DNA of 64,000 nt from Nitrospirota bacterium (lineage in GTDB: Bacteria > Nitrospirota > UBA9217), in assembly GCA_963751455.1 (NCBI GenBank), contig CAVVUN010000015.1, forward strand, positions 1,120,001 through 1,184,000. Reading direction: 5' to 3'. Numbering within the stretch: the stretch's first letter is position 1; the number at the start of each line of letters is the position of its first letter. Below, in pieces: positions 18,680 through 28,902 of this stretch. The notes under the pieces were generated by a model, which did not search any database, had not been told where the DNA came from, and was given only the letters and a program-made list of their open reading frames with translations. Position numbers and translations under genes: made by a program.

Positions 18680-20755
18680 ATGCCGATTACAGATCGTCAG
18701 CGGGCATTAGCGCAGGAACGTCAATGGGCAGCTGCACGGGACACATCGCCACAAGTACGCTTAGTCGCTGGCCCAGGGACCGGGAAATCGCATACGATTG
18801 AAAAAAGAATCGCTGACTTGTTGACGGGCGGTATTCCTGCAGAAAATATATATGCGATATCGTTTACTCGCGCTGCCTGTGCGGAGCTCAGTGGCAGGGT
18901 GCAGCTTTTTTGCAGCACGCTATCATGTGCAGACGTTGCTTCAGGCGTCAGAATTTCAACGATGCATTCTCTTGCGCTTCGTATTTTGCGAAGAGCAAAT
19001 TTACTTACTTCATATCCTAGCACGCCTATGATGCTTGACAACTGGGAGCAGAGCACAATATATGACCGGGAGCTCGCCAGTAGTATCGGTTGTTCTCCTT
19101 CGCGGGCGGGTGAGATTCGTCGTGCATATGACGCTCACTGGCAAACCCTTAATCCAGACTATTTGAACCAAGCACGAATAACAACCGCCGAAATTACTGG
19201 CTTCAGAGCATTTCACGCTGCCAGAACGAATCTTTATTGTTGCGTCCTGCCGGGAGAAGTTATATTCAAATGTGTGGATGCCCTTCAGCATGGTGCCCTT
19301 CAGCAGGATCAACTACCACGAATAGATCATTTGATCGTTGATGAATATCAGGATCTGAATGCTTGCGATCAGGAATTCGTCCGACTGCTCTGCTCCCAGG
19401 GCACGATTCTATTTATTGCTGGCGACGATGACCAAAGCATTTATTCCTTCAGACATGCTAATCCAGAAGGAATAATTACCTTCCCGATCACATATCCTCA
19501 GTCATCAACGCACATATTAACAGATTGTTTTCGCTGCACGCCTGCGGTTTTGGCACCAGCAAATCGTCTTATAACATTCAATCCAAGTCGCGTGCCCAAG
19601 CAACTTGACGCTCTTTACGGGACGGCAGAACCACCCGTTGCGGGACAAGTCGCGGTGTGGTCTTTTTCGACAGCACAGCAGGAGGCGCAGGCTATAGCAA
19701 AGTCATGCAAAGAACTGCTTGACGCCGGTTTGTCGGGTAGAGAAAACGAGATTCTAATACTGGTAGCGAATCGAAGGGTACAGTTGAATCTTATTACACA
19801 AGAGCTGGGAAATCTTGGTTTACCTTACGAGCCGCCTAAAGACGCAAGTTTGACGGGGTATGCGTCGATCCGAGTTATCTACTCTATATTACGTCTTGTC
19901 CGCGAGCAAGCAACGGGGGAGGCAGATTATCCTGCTTATCGTGATGTCTTGGAATTGTTGCACGGTGTAGGCCAAGCAACGGCAAAGTCAATTGCCGATG
20001 ATTGCATAACGCACAATCAAAACTATCGAGATTTATATCATTTACAATCGGCACCTCGTTGGCTTGCCGGCCGTGCCTCCGCCGCCGTTCAGCGGGTTAT
20101 ATCAATTGTACAGGCTGTTAGTTCTTGGGTTATGTCCGATACATTATCAGCCCGTTCTGCCGATATGGAATACGTTCTCCGGTCACTGGTTTTCACGACA
20201 GGAGGACAAGCGACAACTGCCATAGCAGAATGGAATACCCTTTCTGGAGCACTTCCACAGGAAATGACTCTCGAAGAACTACTCCAATTTCTGTCCGCTG
20301 ATACAGAGACTGAACAGCAGGCTATTCTTGATATCGTCTCTCAGCGAATAGGAACAGCCTCGCAAGCAGCAGAATCTAATTCTCACACGCCTGGTCAGAA
20401 GAAGATTAGAATATTAACTATGCACGGTGCAAAAGGTCTAAGTGGAAAGATTGTCTTTATTCCTTCAGCAGAACAGGGGATTATGCCCAATTCAGCTGCA
20501 TTACAGGCAACGGGCCTTCTTATTGAGCAACGACGTCTTTTTTATGTATCGTTAACGCGAGCAATGGCATGCTGTATCATATCGCACGCTGCGCAACATA
20601 CGGGTGCTGCGGCTATGACCCTCGCACAGCGATCTTCTGTGCGGTTACCAAGATCACAGTTTTTGAGTGAGATGGGTGTAACCAGTGTTAACAGGGCAGT
20701 AGGATTAAGTCAGGCGGAAGCATCAAGGATCATAATTGATGTAAACAATCTTTAA
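18680..20755 (+). CDS. UvrD/Rep/PcrA-like SF1 helicase
   Basis: AGPGTGKS, ISFT, STMHS, IVDEYQD, GDDDQSIYSFR, FRC, TMHGAKGL, EQRRLFYVSLTRA. Confidence 0.92.
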   Translation: MPITDRQRALAQERQWAAARDTSPQVRLVAGPGTGKSHTIEKRIADLLTGGIPAENIYAISFTRAACAELSGRVQLFCSTLSCADVASGVRISTMHSLALRILRRANLLTSYPSTPMMLDNWEQSTIYDRELASSIGCSPSRAGEIRRAYDAHWQTLNPDYLNQARITTAEITGFRAFHAARTNLYCCVLPGEVIFKCVDALQHGALQQDQLPRIDHLIVDEYQDLNACDQEFVRLLCSQGTILFIAGDDDQSIYSFRHANPEGIITFPITYPQSSTHILTDCFRCTPAVLAPANRLITFNPSRVPKQLDALYGTAEPPVAGQVAVWSFSTAQQEAQAIAKSCKELLDAGLSGRENEILILVANRRVQLNLITQELGNLGLPYEPPKDASLTGYASIRVIYSILRLVREQATGEADYPAYRDVLELLHGVGQATAKSIADDCITHNQNYRDLYHLQSAPRWLAGRASAAVQRVISIVQAVSSWVMSDTLSARSADMEYVLRSLVFTTGGQATTAIAEWNTLSGALPQEMTLEELLQFLSADTETEQQAILDIVSQRIGTASQAAESNSHTPGQKKIRILTMHGAKGLSGKIVFIPSAEQGIMPNSAALQATGLLIEQRRLFYVSLTRAMACCIISHAAQHTGAAAMTLAQRSSVRLPRSQFLSEMGVTSVNRAVGLSQAEASRIIIDVNNL

Positions 20756-20797
20756 AATTTCGTTGCTGCTATCCGTATATTTAGAAAGGAAAGGTTA

Positions 20798-23791
20798 TTG
20801 ATCCCCAAAGAATGTAAACGCCTTGCAGAAGTGGATTTTCCGATTGCTGTCGTGAGCAAGCATTCGGCACGGGAGAAATACGTTCGACAAGGTCATCCGA
20901 GTACATTACATCTTTGGTGGGCGCGTCGGCCGCTGGCTGCATGCCGCGCTATATTATTGGGTTTATTGTTACCCGATCCTTGTGATCCATATTGTCCGGA
21001 TGACTTCAAGAGAGAGTCGATTAAGCTGCTGAGGCGCGATGCTGCTACATCAGACAAATCTCTGCAAAAAGCTCTTCTCAAATTTATCGGAGATTTTGCG
21101 AACTGGGAGGCCGCTGCAGACAGAAAATACCTCGAAATAGGTCGTGGTTTAATCAAGGCAGCACATCCGAATGAGAAACCATTAGTGGTCGATCCTTTTA
21201 CAGGTGGTGGTTCTATTCCCTTTGAAGCACTTCGATTGGGGTGCGATGCCTTTGCTAGTGACCTTAATCCTGTTGCACGCTTGGTTCAAAAGGTGTTATT
21301 GGAAGACATTCCACGACATGGTCAACGATTGGCAGAGGAGTTGCGCAATACGGGAGAGGAAATACGCAAAGCTGCTGAAAAAGAGCTTGCGAACTATTAT
21401 CCAGTAGATGCAGATGGGTCGCGTCCTATCGTTTATTTGTGGGCGCGCACTGTTCAGTGTGAATCTCCAAATTGCGGCGCCGAAATGCCGCTTATACGGT
21501 CTTTTTGGTTGTCCAAGAAATCAAATCGAAAAAGTGCGCTGAAATATGAAGTGATACGGCAAAAAGGGAAACCGCCCCGTGTTGAATTCGACATTTTTGA
21601 ACCAAAGAGAGATAAAGAAGTTCCAACTGCAACGATTACACAGGCAAGAGCTACCTGTCTTTGCTGCGGGTCAGTTCTATCTCCTGACCGCGTAAGGGTA
21701 CAGCTTACAACAATGCGTGGGGGAGCGGATGTTAGTTTTGATAAACACGGCAGCCGTATCGGTGGAGCGCGTTTACTTGTTGTTGTTATTTTGAAGGAGA
21801 ACGATCCAGGACGTCATTACCGCTTACCTGCTAATAAGGACTATGAAGCTGTATGGAGAGCAAAGAAAAGTCTTGACAGATTGTCTCACCAAAAACAAGA
21901 TGGCGATCAAGAATTATCGATGGTTCCCGATGAAGTAATATCCCTGAATGAGATTAGACGAATATCGGTGCCGATCTATGGTGCAACAACTTGGGGTGAT
22001 ATTTTTACATCACGACAAAAGCGTACGCTGTCTACGTACTCTGCGCTTGTCAGAAAAAATAACAATAAAGATACTGCCGCTATGTTGGCTCTTGCAGTTG
22101 ATAGAATGATCATGCTATTAAGTGCGCATTGTCGCTGGAAGCCTACAGGAGAAACGCTGATTGATATGTTTGGCCGTCACGCAATCGGCATGGTCTGGGA
22201 TTTTGCGGAAGCCGTCCCGGGTGTCCAGACATCAAGTATATTCAAAGGATGGATTGACGCGTATGTAAAATTTAGCGAAGACATTTCACGGCTATCATTA
22301 GAGCCTGCACAGGTCATATCCGCAGATGCGTGTAAACATCCGCTGCCTGACTCATCCTGTAGCATCTGGTTTACAGATCCGCCCTACTATGACTCAATCC
22401 CTTATGCGCATCTTGCAGATTGTTTTTATGTCTGGTTAAGAAGAATGTTATCAAATAGTCCTTTACTGAAAGCCTTTACAACTGAACTGACGCCTAAAGA
22501 AGCAGAATGTGTAGTTGATCGTCCACATCGGTTAAGTACTTCAAAAAAAGATGCAAAATATTTTGAAGAGGGTATAAAAGCAGCGTCTGCCGAAGGCCGT
22601 CGAATTCTTGCCGATGATGGTATCGGCTGTATAGTTTTTGCCCACAAAACTACTGAGGGATGGGAATCTCTGCTATCAGGCATTATACAAGCAGGTTGGT
22701 CGGTGACTGCATCATGGCCTATTTCTACTGAGCTTGCTACCCGATTAAATGCAAGAGACACGGCTTCATTAGATGCAAGTATTCATCTTATTTGTCGTCC
22801 TCGTATTAACGATCAGGTCGGTGACTGGGGTGAAGTTCTTAGAGAACTACCGAAGCGAGTAGGTGACTGGATAGAGCGGCTCCAGGCTGAACATGTGCGT
22901 GGGGCTGATCTAGTATTTGCCTGTATAGGCCCAGCGCTAGAAATATTCAGTCGGTATTCTCGTGTCGAGACAGCGGATGGGAAAGAGGTCCCGCTTGCGG
23001 AGTACCTTGCGAAGGTTTGGGAAGTGGTTGGGCGGACGGCGTTGGAGCATGTGCTCGGAACAGCCGAGGCCAAGGCGCGGAATGGAATGGCAGGCGCATT
23101 GGAAGAGGACGCGCGGTTGACCGCGCTATTTCTCTGGACGCTTCAGAGTACCAATGGCGATGCTGATTCCCCCTCACCCCGGCCCTCTCCCGCAAGGGGC
23201 GAGGGAGTAGATGAGGAAAGCTCTGACGATGAAGATGAGGATGTAGGGGCAAAGGGAAAAAAGGGTGGTTACAGCCTTATTTACGATGTTGCACGAAGAT
23301 TTGCACAACCTCTCGGTATTCACTTGGAGAAATGGGAAGGCAGGATCATCGAAACAACAAAAGGGGTCGTTCGGCTTTTGCCTGTGCATGAGCGAGCGAA
23401 GCAACTTTTCGGTGAGGCAGGTGTGCAGGCTGTCGCCGAGCAAATGAAACACAAAAGGGCCGAATCACTGCAAATGACTCTTTTTGCCCATGCGGAGTTG
23501 CCAGCCGCGGCTGAAGTATCAAAATCTGGTCGAAAGAATAAGACGAGGATCGAGATTTCCGACGATGCCGTAGAAACGCGGAAGATTGAGGCGACGACTC
23601 TCGACCGCGTGCATGCTGCGATGCTCCTTCAGGCTGGCGGGCAGTCCAATGCTCTTCGGGCCTTACTCAAGGCGGAGCAGGAACGCGGGCCGGATTTTCT
23701 GCGGTTGTCAAACGCGCTTTCGGCTCTGTATCCGCGCGAGAGCGAAGAGAAGCGGCTGCTTGATGCGATGCTTTTGGCAGTGCCGAGGTAA
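20798..23791 (+). CDS. DUF1156-domain amino (N6-adenine-type) DNA methyltransferase with Zn ribbon
   Basis: LHLWWARRPLAACRA, DPFTGGGSIPFEA, CESPNC...CLCC, TDPPYYD, FAHKTTEGW. Confidence 0.9.
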   Translation: MIPKECKRLAEVDFPIAVVSKHSAREKYVRQGHPSTLHLWWARRPLAACRAILLGLLLPDPCDPYCPDDFKRESIKLLRRDAATSDKSLQKALLKFIGDFANWEAAADRKYLEIGRGLIKAAHPNEKPLVVDPFTGGGSIPFEALRLGCDAFASDLNPVARLVQKVLLEDIPRHGQRLAEELRNTGEEIRKAAEKELANYYPVDADGSRPIVYLWARTVQCESPNCGAEMPLIRSFWLSKKSNRKSALKYEVIRQKGKPPRVEFDIFEPKRDKEVPTATITQARATCLCCGSVLSPDRVRVQLTTMRGGADVSFDKHGSRIGGARLLVVVILKENDPGRHYRLPANKDYEAVWRAKKSLDRLSHQKQDGDQELSMVPDEVISLNEIRRISVPIYGATTWGDIFTSRQKRTLSTYSALVRKNNNKDTAAMLALAVDRMIMLLSAHCRWKPTGETLIDMFGRHAIGMVWDFAEAVPGVQTSSIFKGWIDAYVKFSEDISRLSLEPAQVISADACKHPLPDSSCSIWFTDPPYYDSIPYAHLADCFYVWLRRMLSNSPLLKAFTTELTPKEAECVVDRPHRLSTSKKDAKYFEEGIKAASAEGRRILADDGIGCIVFAHKTTEGWESLLSGIIQAGWSVTASWPISTELATRLNARDTASLDASIHLICRPRINDQVGDWGEVLRELPKRVGDWIERLQAEHVRGADLVFACIGPALEIFSRYSRVETADGKEVPLAEYLAKVWEVVGRTALEHVLGTAEAKARNGMAGALEEDARLTALFLWTLQSTNGDADSPSPRPSPARGEGVDEESSDDEDEDVGAKGKKGGYSLIYDVARRFAQPLGIHLEKWEGRIIETTKGVVRLLPVHERAKQLFGEAGVQAVAEQMKHKRAESLQMTLFAHAELPAAAEVSKSGRKNKTRIEISDDAVETRKIEATTLDRVHAAMLLQAGGQSNALRALLKAEQERGPDFLRLSNALSALYPRESEEKRLLDAMLLAVPR
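23169..23207 (+). repeat. CCCTCACCCC-type REP-like hairpin inside the methylase linker
   Basis: ccctcaccccggccctctcccgcaaggggcgagggag, translated as PSPRPSPARGEG. Confidence 0.75.
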
Positions 23792-23847
23792 ACGTAAGGC
23801 AAGAAAAAGGCCTTGCAATTTTCCACCACAAATGGCATTATTTCAGC

Positions 23848-24183
23848 ATGAAAGTAGTGGAAAAAGATAAAGTCGTCAGCGGCATGCTTCGGGACGAGCT
23901 CAAACGATGCCAGGAGATGCTCGCCGGTCTGCAGAAGTCCGCTGCAGCGCTTCCCAAAGGTGTTCTCAGCGAACGGAAGAAGCGATACAAACAAAAAGCC
24001 TATTCCTACTTTTCGTTGAAATACCGCGACGGGAAACAGGTTGTCAATAAGCACATACCGAACGCCGACGCGCCGGCGCTGGCGAAGAAACTCGATCAAA
24101 GAAAGCAGCTCGAAAAAGAGGCGCTGGCGTATGAGAAAAGAATCGTTTATCTTTCGAAGATCCTGAAAACCGGCAAGGGCTGA
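23848..24183 (+). CDS. Small basic protein, partner of downstream nucleotidyltransferase
   Basis: LPKGVL..RK...YSYFSLKYRDGKQVVNKHI flanked by coiled coils; 4 nt from next gene. Confidence 0.7.
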   Translation: MKVVEKDKVVSGMLRDELKRCQEMLAGLQKSAAALPKGVLSERKKRYKQKAYSYFSLKYRDGKQVVNKHIPNADAPALAKKLDQRKQLEKEALAYEKRIVYLSKILKTGKG

Positions 24184-24187
24184 AGGC

Positions 24188-24877
24188 ATGCTGCTGACGA
24201 TTCCTCTCACGAACAAGAACATCTTTCCGCCCGAGGTTGCTGAGCTGTTTCAGGCTCTCCACAACGCAAGTTTCTTTGAAGAGTCCATGCTGATCGGAAG
24301 CTGGGTCATGCCCCTGTATCAGGCCGCCTTCGGCATGTCCTATGTGCTTCGCACGCTCGACATTGATTTCGCGGTCCAGTTTGCCGCATCCGACAGAATC
24401 AGGAAGTCCGATATCGAGAGCATCATCACGGCCTTAGGCTATCTGCCGGTCATGATGCAATCCGGCATACGGAAGTATACGCGCGAAAATTTCAGCGTCG
24501 AATTCGTCGCACACCGGAAAGGCGGCAGAGATGACGAAGTCGTGGTGATCAGAAAATGGAACATTACCGCCGCGCCGCTTCCTTTTGTGAATATTCTTCT
24601 GGATTTTCCCTTTATCGCCGATTTCGGTGGCTTCCGCGTGAGGGCTCCGATCCCGGAAGCATACTTTATCCAAAAAATGCTTACTGCCCAGAGACGGCCC
24701 GGCGAGAGTAAAAGGGACAAGGACCTTGAACAGTGTTCGATCATAGCGCGCAGAATCGATTCGGGCAGGCTTGCAGCGGTAATCGGATCGCTTAAGCTGA
24801 GTGCGAAGAGCAAGAAAGCGTTACTCGCCTCATGCGAGGCGATCCATTTTCCACCACAGACGCTGGGTTTACGGTAG
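24188..24877 (+). CDS. Nucleotidyltransferase-fold protein (GSU2403-like)
   Basis: LIGSW...RTLDIDF (GS...DxD), P.PEAYFIQK, KRDKD. Confidence 0.75.
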   Translation: MLLTIPLTNKNIFPPEVAELFQALHNASFFEESMLIGSWVMPLYQAAFGMSYVLRTLDIDFAVQFAASDRIRKSDIESIITALGYLPVMMQSGIRKYTRENFSVEFVAHRKGGRDDEVVVIRKWNITAAPLPFVNILLDFPFIADFGGFRVRAPIPEAYFIQKMLTAQRRPGESKRDKDLEQCSIIARRIDSGRLAAVIGSLKLSAKSKKALLASCEAIHFPPQTLGLR

Positions 24878-24913
24878 CAGTGTAGGGGAAAGAAAAGGGC
24901 AGAGGAGGATATC

Positions 24914-27673
24914 GTGGAACCTTGGTATAAGGTAGTTACTCCCCGCAAGGAAGTTCGTGAGGGGAGATCATTCAATCCGGACGAGTTTGCAATCGCCCTT
25001 GAGCAGGTTGTGGCTAAGACCGCTCCCGAGGACTACCGCGATCCTGCAAAGTTCTTCAGCCGAACCTTTTTCTCTCGTGCTCTAACCGACCATGCCTGCA
25101 TGGTGCTTCGCCGTTTGTCGGGCGAGACGACAAATACTGCGCCGGTGCTTACGCTCATTACCCAGTTTGGCGGAGGTAAGACACATACCCTGACGACACT
25201 CTATCACCTGATCAATAGCGGCACACCTGTCGCGAAGCTTACAGGCGTACCGGAATTATTGAAACAGTCTGGACTTGCTTCTGTGCCGAAATCAAAAGTC
25301 GGCGTTTTTGTCGGCAATGCCTGGGACCCAAAGGAAGGGCATGAAACCCCTTGGATCGATCTTGCACGTCAGCTTGCGGGCGACAAAGGCGTTGCAGCCC
25401 TCGGCACATCATCCAAGACAACTCCTCCTGGAACAGAAGTTCTCGGGAAAGTATTTGACGCCGCAGGTGGTTCGGTGCTCATCCTTTTTGATGAAGTGCT
25501 CAATTTCATGAACCGCCATAGAGATATGTCGGAGCCATTCCATGCCTTTATCCAGAATCTCACCGTTGCTATGACAGGCGCCGCAAAGAGCGCGGCAGTC
25601 ATCAGCCTTCCGCGCAGCCAGGTTGAGATGACTGAATGGGATATGAAGTGGCAAGAAAAGATCACGAGGGTTGTGAGGCGAGTATCAAAGGACCTGATCG
25701 TTCTCGATGAGGCGGAAATATCAGAGGTGATCAGGCGCAGGCTCTTTGAAGACTTGGGGAATGAAAGAATCAGGAAGAACGTTGCAAAAACTTACGCAGA
25801 CTGGTGCTTTGAACGCCGCGCTCAGCTTCCTCCTGAATGGACGGCGGTTGACTCAGCTTCGAGCGAGGCAAAGTCACGCGAGTATTTACAGAGCAGGTTT
25901 GAGGCTTGTTATCCTTTTCATCCCGCCACGCTTTCCGTGTTCCAGAGAAAGTGGGCAACAGTAACCCAGTATCAACAGACACGCGGCACTCTTGCCATGC
26001 TTGCTCAGTGGATATCGTGGGCACAGAAGGACGGTTTTCAAAAGGCTAGAACTGAACCACTCATTACTCTTGGATCGGCTCCGCTCGATGTACCGGAGTT
26101 CCGCAGCGTCGTACTGGGCCAGCTCGGCGAGTCGAGGCTTCAGTTTGCTATTGATACCGATATTGCAGGGAATCATGCGCATGCCCGAGCTTTAGATGTG
26201 GATACCAAGGGGCCGCTTAAAGGTCTTCATCGCCGTGTGGCAACAGCAATTTTATTTGAATCATCGGGCGGCATGGTGGACAAAGTGGCTCATCTGCCCG
26301 AGCTCCGGTTTGCGCTGGGTGAGCCTGATGTAGATACAACCTCTGTTGACACTGCTGCACACGCACTAGAATCAAAGGCATATTATGTCAGGAAAGTTGG
26401 CACGGATGGCTTCCGGATCGGATACCAGCCTACGCTTAAAAAGGTGGTGAGCGACCGGCGTGCTTCGTTGGATGAAGAAAGCGAGATTCGCCCTGCAATG
26501 CAAACGCTCGTGAAAAGTGAGTTTGAACGAGGGCGGACAATCCCGTGGATTCTATTTCCCACGGATGGAACAGAGGTGCAGGATTCTCCTAAGCTGACTC
26601 TCATTCTTATGGACCCGAGAAATGAATGGGATGGTAATGGCGGCCTGCGCACGCGCATCGGGGAGTGGACAAAGCAGCGCGGCAGTTCACCCAGGCTCTA
26701 TCCCGGTTCGCTTGTCTGGTGTTTCAAAAAACCAGGCCGTGAACTGCACGATAAGGTTGAAATGATGCTTGCCTGGAGGCGGGTCAGACAGGAAATCGAC
26801 GATAATACACTGGGCGGAGATTTTGACCGCTCAGATAAAGCAGAGCTACATACCAAGGTAAAGGATGCCGAAGAATCGGCGAAGGATGAGGTCTGGGCGT
26901 GTTACCGATATGCAGTCCTGTATGATCCCGCGGCTAAGGACGGACTTAAAATTATTGATCTTGGAGCAGGGCATTCGAGCGCGAGTGAAACGCTTTGTGG
27001 TCGGATCATCAGCGCATTAAAAGCTGAAGCACTCTTAAACGAATCAGTAGGCGCAGGCTATCTTGATCGCAAATGGCCACCTGCGTTAAAAGAATCTGGA
27101 GCCTGGCCGCTTGGCAGCCTTCGTCAAAGTTTTTTAAACGGCACCATGCCCCGCCTTGTTGATCCGGACACGGTCCTGAGAAATAAGATCGTGGAATTCG
27201 TCGAAAGGGGCGAGATGGGGCTTGCCTCTGGCCAAAAGCAGGATGGTACTTTTGATCGAGTTTGGTTCAATGAGTCTATCGCAATAGATGAAGTCACGTT
27301 TGACACCGGTGTGTTTCTTTTGAACAGTAAGAAAGCCCGTCAGCTTAAGAGTGGAGCGACAGTTCTTCCTGCTGGCGTCGTAGTTCCACAACCGGAACCC
27401 ACCAAGACTATTCCTGTTGGATCTGATCAAACAACGGCTGTGGCGGGTGCCCAGCAGGTATGTCTGTGCTTAACGGGTGCGGTGACGCCGGAAGTATGGA
27501 ACAGGTTGGGTGTGAAACTATTGCCGAAGCTGCGAGGCGGTCAAGATTTGAAGCTCGGCATTAATTTTACTGTTACCATCGATGCCAGGTTCGCTAAGAA
27601 TACCGAAACTGAATTGCGCCAGATTATTGAAGAGCTTGGGCTCAGCGAGACGATTACAGTAGAAGTGAAATAA
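24914..27673 (+). CDS. DUF499 AAA+ ATPase (BREX-related)
   Basis: PWYKVVTPR.EVREG...DEFA, FF.RT, TQFGGGKTH (Walker A), LFDE (Walker B), VIRRRLF, YPFHP. Confidence 0.9.
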   Translation: MEPWYKVVTPRKEVREGRSFNPDEFAIALEQVVAKTAPEDYRDPAKFFSRTFFSRALTDHACMVLRRLSGETTNTAPVLTLITQFGGGKTHTLTTLYHLINSGTPVAKLTGVPELLKQSGLASVPKSKVGVFVGNAWDPKEGHETPWIDLARQLAGDKGVAALGTSSKTTPPGTEVLGKVFDAAGGSVLILFDEVLNFMNRHRDMSEPFHAFIQNLTVAMTGAAKSAAVISLPRSQVEMTEWDMKWQEKITRVVRRVSKDLIVLDEAEISEVIRRRLFEDLGNERIRKNVAKTYADWCFERRAQLPPEWTAVDSASSEAKSREYLQSRFEACYPFHPATLSVFQRKWATVTQYQQTRGTLAMLAQWISWAQKDGFQKARTEPLITLGSAPLDVPEFRSVVLGQLGESRLQFAIDTDIAGNHAHARALDVDTKGPLKGLHRRVATAILFESSGGMVDKVAHLPELRFALGEPDVDTTSVDTAAHALESKAYYVRKVGTDGFRIGYQPTLKKVVSDRRASLDEESEIRPAMQTLVKSEFERGRTIPWILFPTDGTEVQDSPKLTLILMDPRNEWDGNGGLRTRIGEWTKQRGSSPRLYPGSLVWCFKKPGRELHDKVEMMLAWRRVRQEIDDNTLGGDFDRSDKAELHTKVKDAEESAKDEVWACYRYAVLYDPAAKDGLKIIDLGAGHSSASETLCGRIISALKAEALLNESVGAGYLDRKWPPALKESGAWPLGSLRQSFLNGTMPRLVDPDTVLRNKIVEFVERGEMGLASGQKQDGTFDRVWFNESIAIDEVTFDTGVFLLNSKKARQLKSGATVLPAGVVVPQPEPTKTIPVGSDQTTAVAGAQQVCLCLTGAVTPEVWNRLGVKLLPKLRGGQDLKLGINFTVTIDARFAKNTETELRQIIEELGLSETITVEVK

Positions 27674-27717
27674 ATCTCAAGTCGTGGCGTTGTCAACTGC
27701 GAAGAAGATCCGGCTTA

Positions 27718-28420
27718 TTACTTATATCTTTTCTTCTTCTCCATCACCACCCCGACAATCCGATACTCGATGTCTTTATTCAAGACGATATCCTGATATT
27801 TGGGATTCAGCGGGTGGAGGACTCGGGCACTGTCGAATTTTTTGTACTGCTTAAACGTTGCCTCTTCCTCGTCGTTCTTCACGATAACGTAATCGCCGTT
27901 CTCCGCCCCTGCCCCGTAGCTGCAAGTAGGGCGATTCGAATCATTTGCGACAATCAGGTGTTGTACTCCCGCCAAATGCAGGGTTGAATAATCATGTGCT
28001 GCAACGGGGTGAACAGTAGGGCTGATAACGAGAATTTCGCCTTCCTTGAACTCCGGCTCCATGGAATTGCCCTTCACCCGGAGCGCGAAGTTGTGCTCTC
28101 CTTTAATATCGCTCTCGATCCATTCTGCTGCATCTTCTGTGTGGAATGATTCACCGGTTTCCGACCACTTGCCGGCAGCCACCTAGGATGTGACCGAGAT
28201 CTTACGCATCTTGCCGAGAGCGGCGGGCTCCACGTTTTCGAGAGGTAGCCGGTCTCTCTGAGGAACTCCTGAACGTCGGCGCGGTAGGCTGCCCCGATGC
28301 TGCCAAGATTCGAAGTCACGCCAGCTACGGGGTAAACATCACCTTGTCGAACGACGGGGCGGTCACGCCGTCTTCGATTTCCTTGACGAACGTGCGGGAA
28401 ACATGCGCGAGCTTAGCGGG
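27718..28420 (-). pseudogene. XRE-HTH / S24 (LexA/CI-like) repressor, disrupted
   Basis: KLAHVSRTFVKEIEDGVTAPSFDKVM (HTH), YRADVQEFLRETGY, in-frame TAG before VAAGKW, FALRVKGNSMEP, ATFKQY, LHPLNP; IR-element inserts at 27911-28010 and 28291-28333. Confidence 0.82.
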
Positions 28421-28431
28421 ATAGGTTATGC

Positions 28432-28902
28432 CTATTTCTCTTTCCACATACGTGCATCGAAGACAAAGGGCATGGGATCGCTGATGCGGATTTTCTTAAA
28501 GTCACGGTGGCCGGGATTGAGCAGATAGTTCCAGCTTTTAGGAACCAGCACGGAGGGGACTCGGAAAACAGCCGTGTCCGCTTTTTTCGCCCATGCGGAA
28601 CCGATATCCTTTGTTGAATCCTGCGGCGGTTCGGCGGTCCAGTCATCAGGGAGATCGGCGCTTTTAAGCTTTTCAACAAGGACACTGTCCGGGATCTCGA
28701 TCTTAAAGTACACGAACTTGATATGAGAAGCGTCGAACCCCAAGTGAACGAACTTTTCGACCACGGACAGCGCCAGAGACTCGCTTGCGTAGATTGCCGG
28801 TATGCCCTGGTGATGCCATCGGCCGCTTACGCGGCGGGCCCCTTCGCCGGTAAATGCTTCCTTGGCGCGTTTTGCCTTATCCAGGCGCCACGCAGTGATC
28901 AC
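28432..28902 (-). CDS. RES-domain toxin
   Basis: AWR, GEGA...GRWH, YASES...VE, VPS...NYLLNP.H. Confidence 0.9.
   Translation of the reverse strand: MITAWRLDKAKRAKEAFTGEGARRVSGRWHHQGIPAIYASESLALSVVEKFVHLGFDASHIKFVYFKIEIPDSVLVEKLKSADLPDDWTAEPPQDSTKDIGSAWAKKADTAVFRVPSVLVPKSWNYLLNPGHRDFKKIRISDPMPFVFDARMWKEK

Noticed and set aside
18680-20755. Gabija system (GajB)
   Set aside because: No OLD-family ATPase/TOPRIM gene is adjacent.
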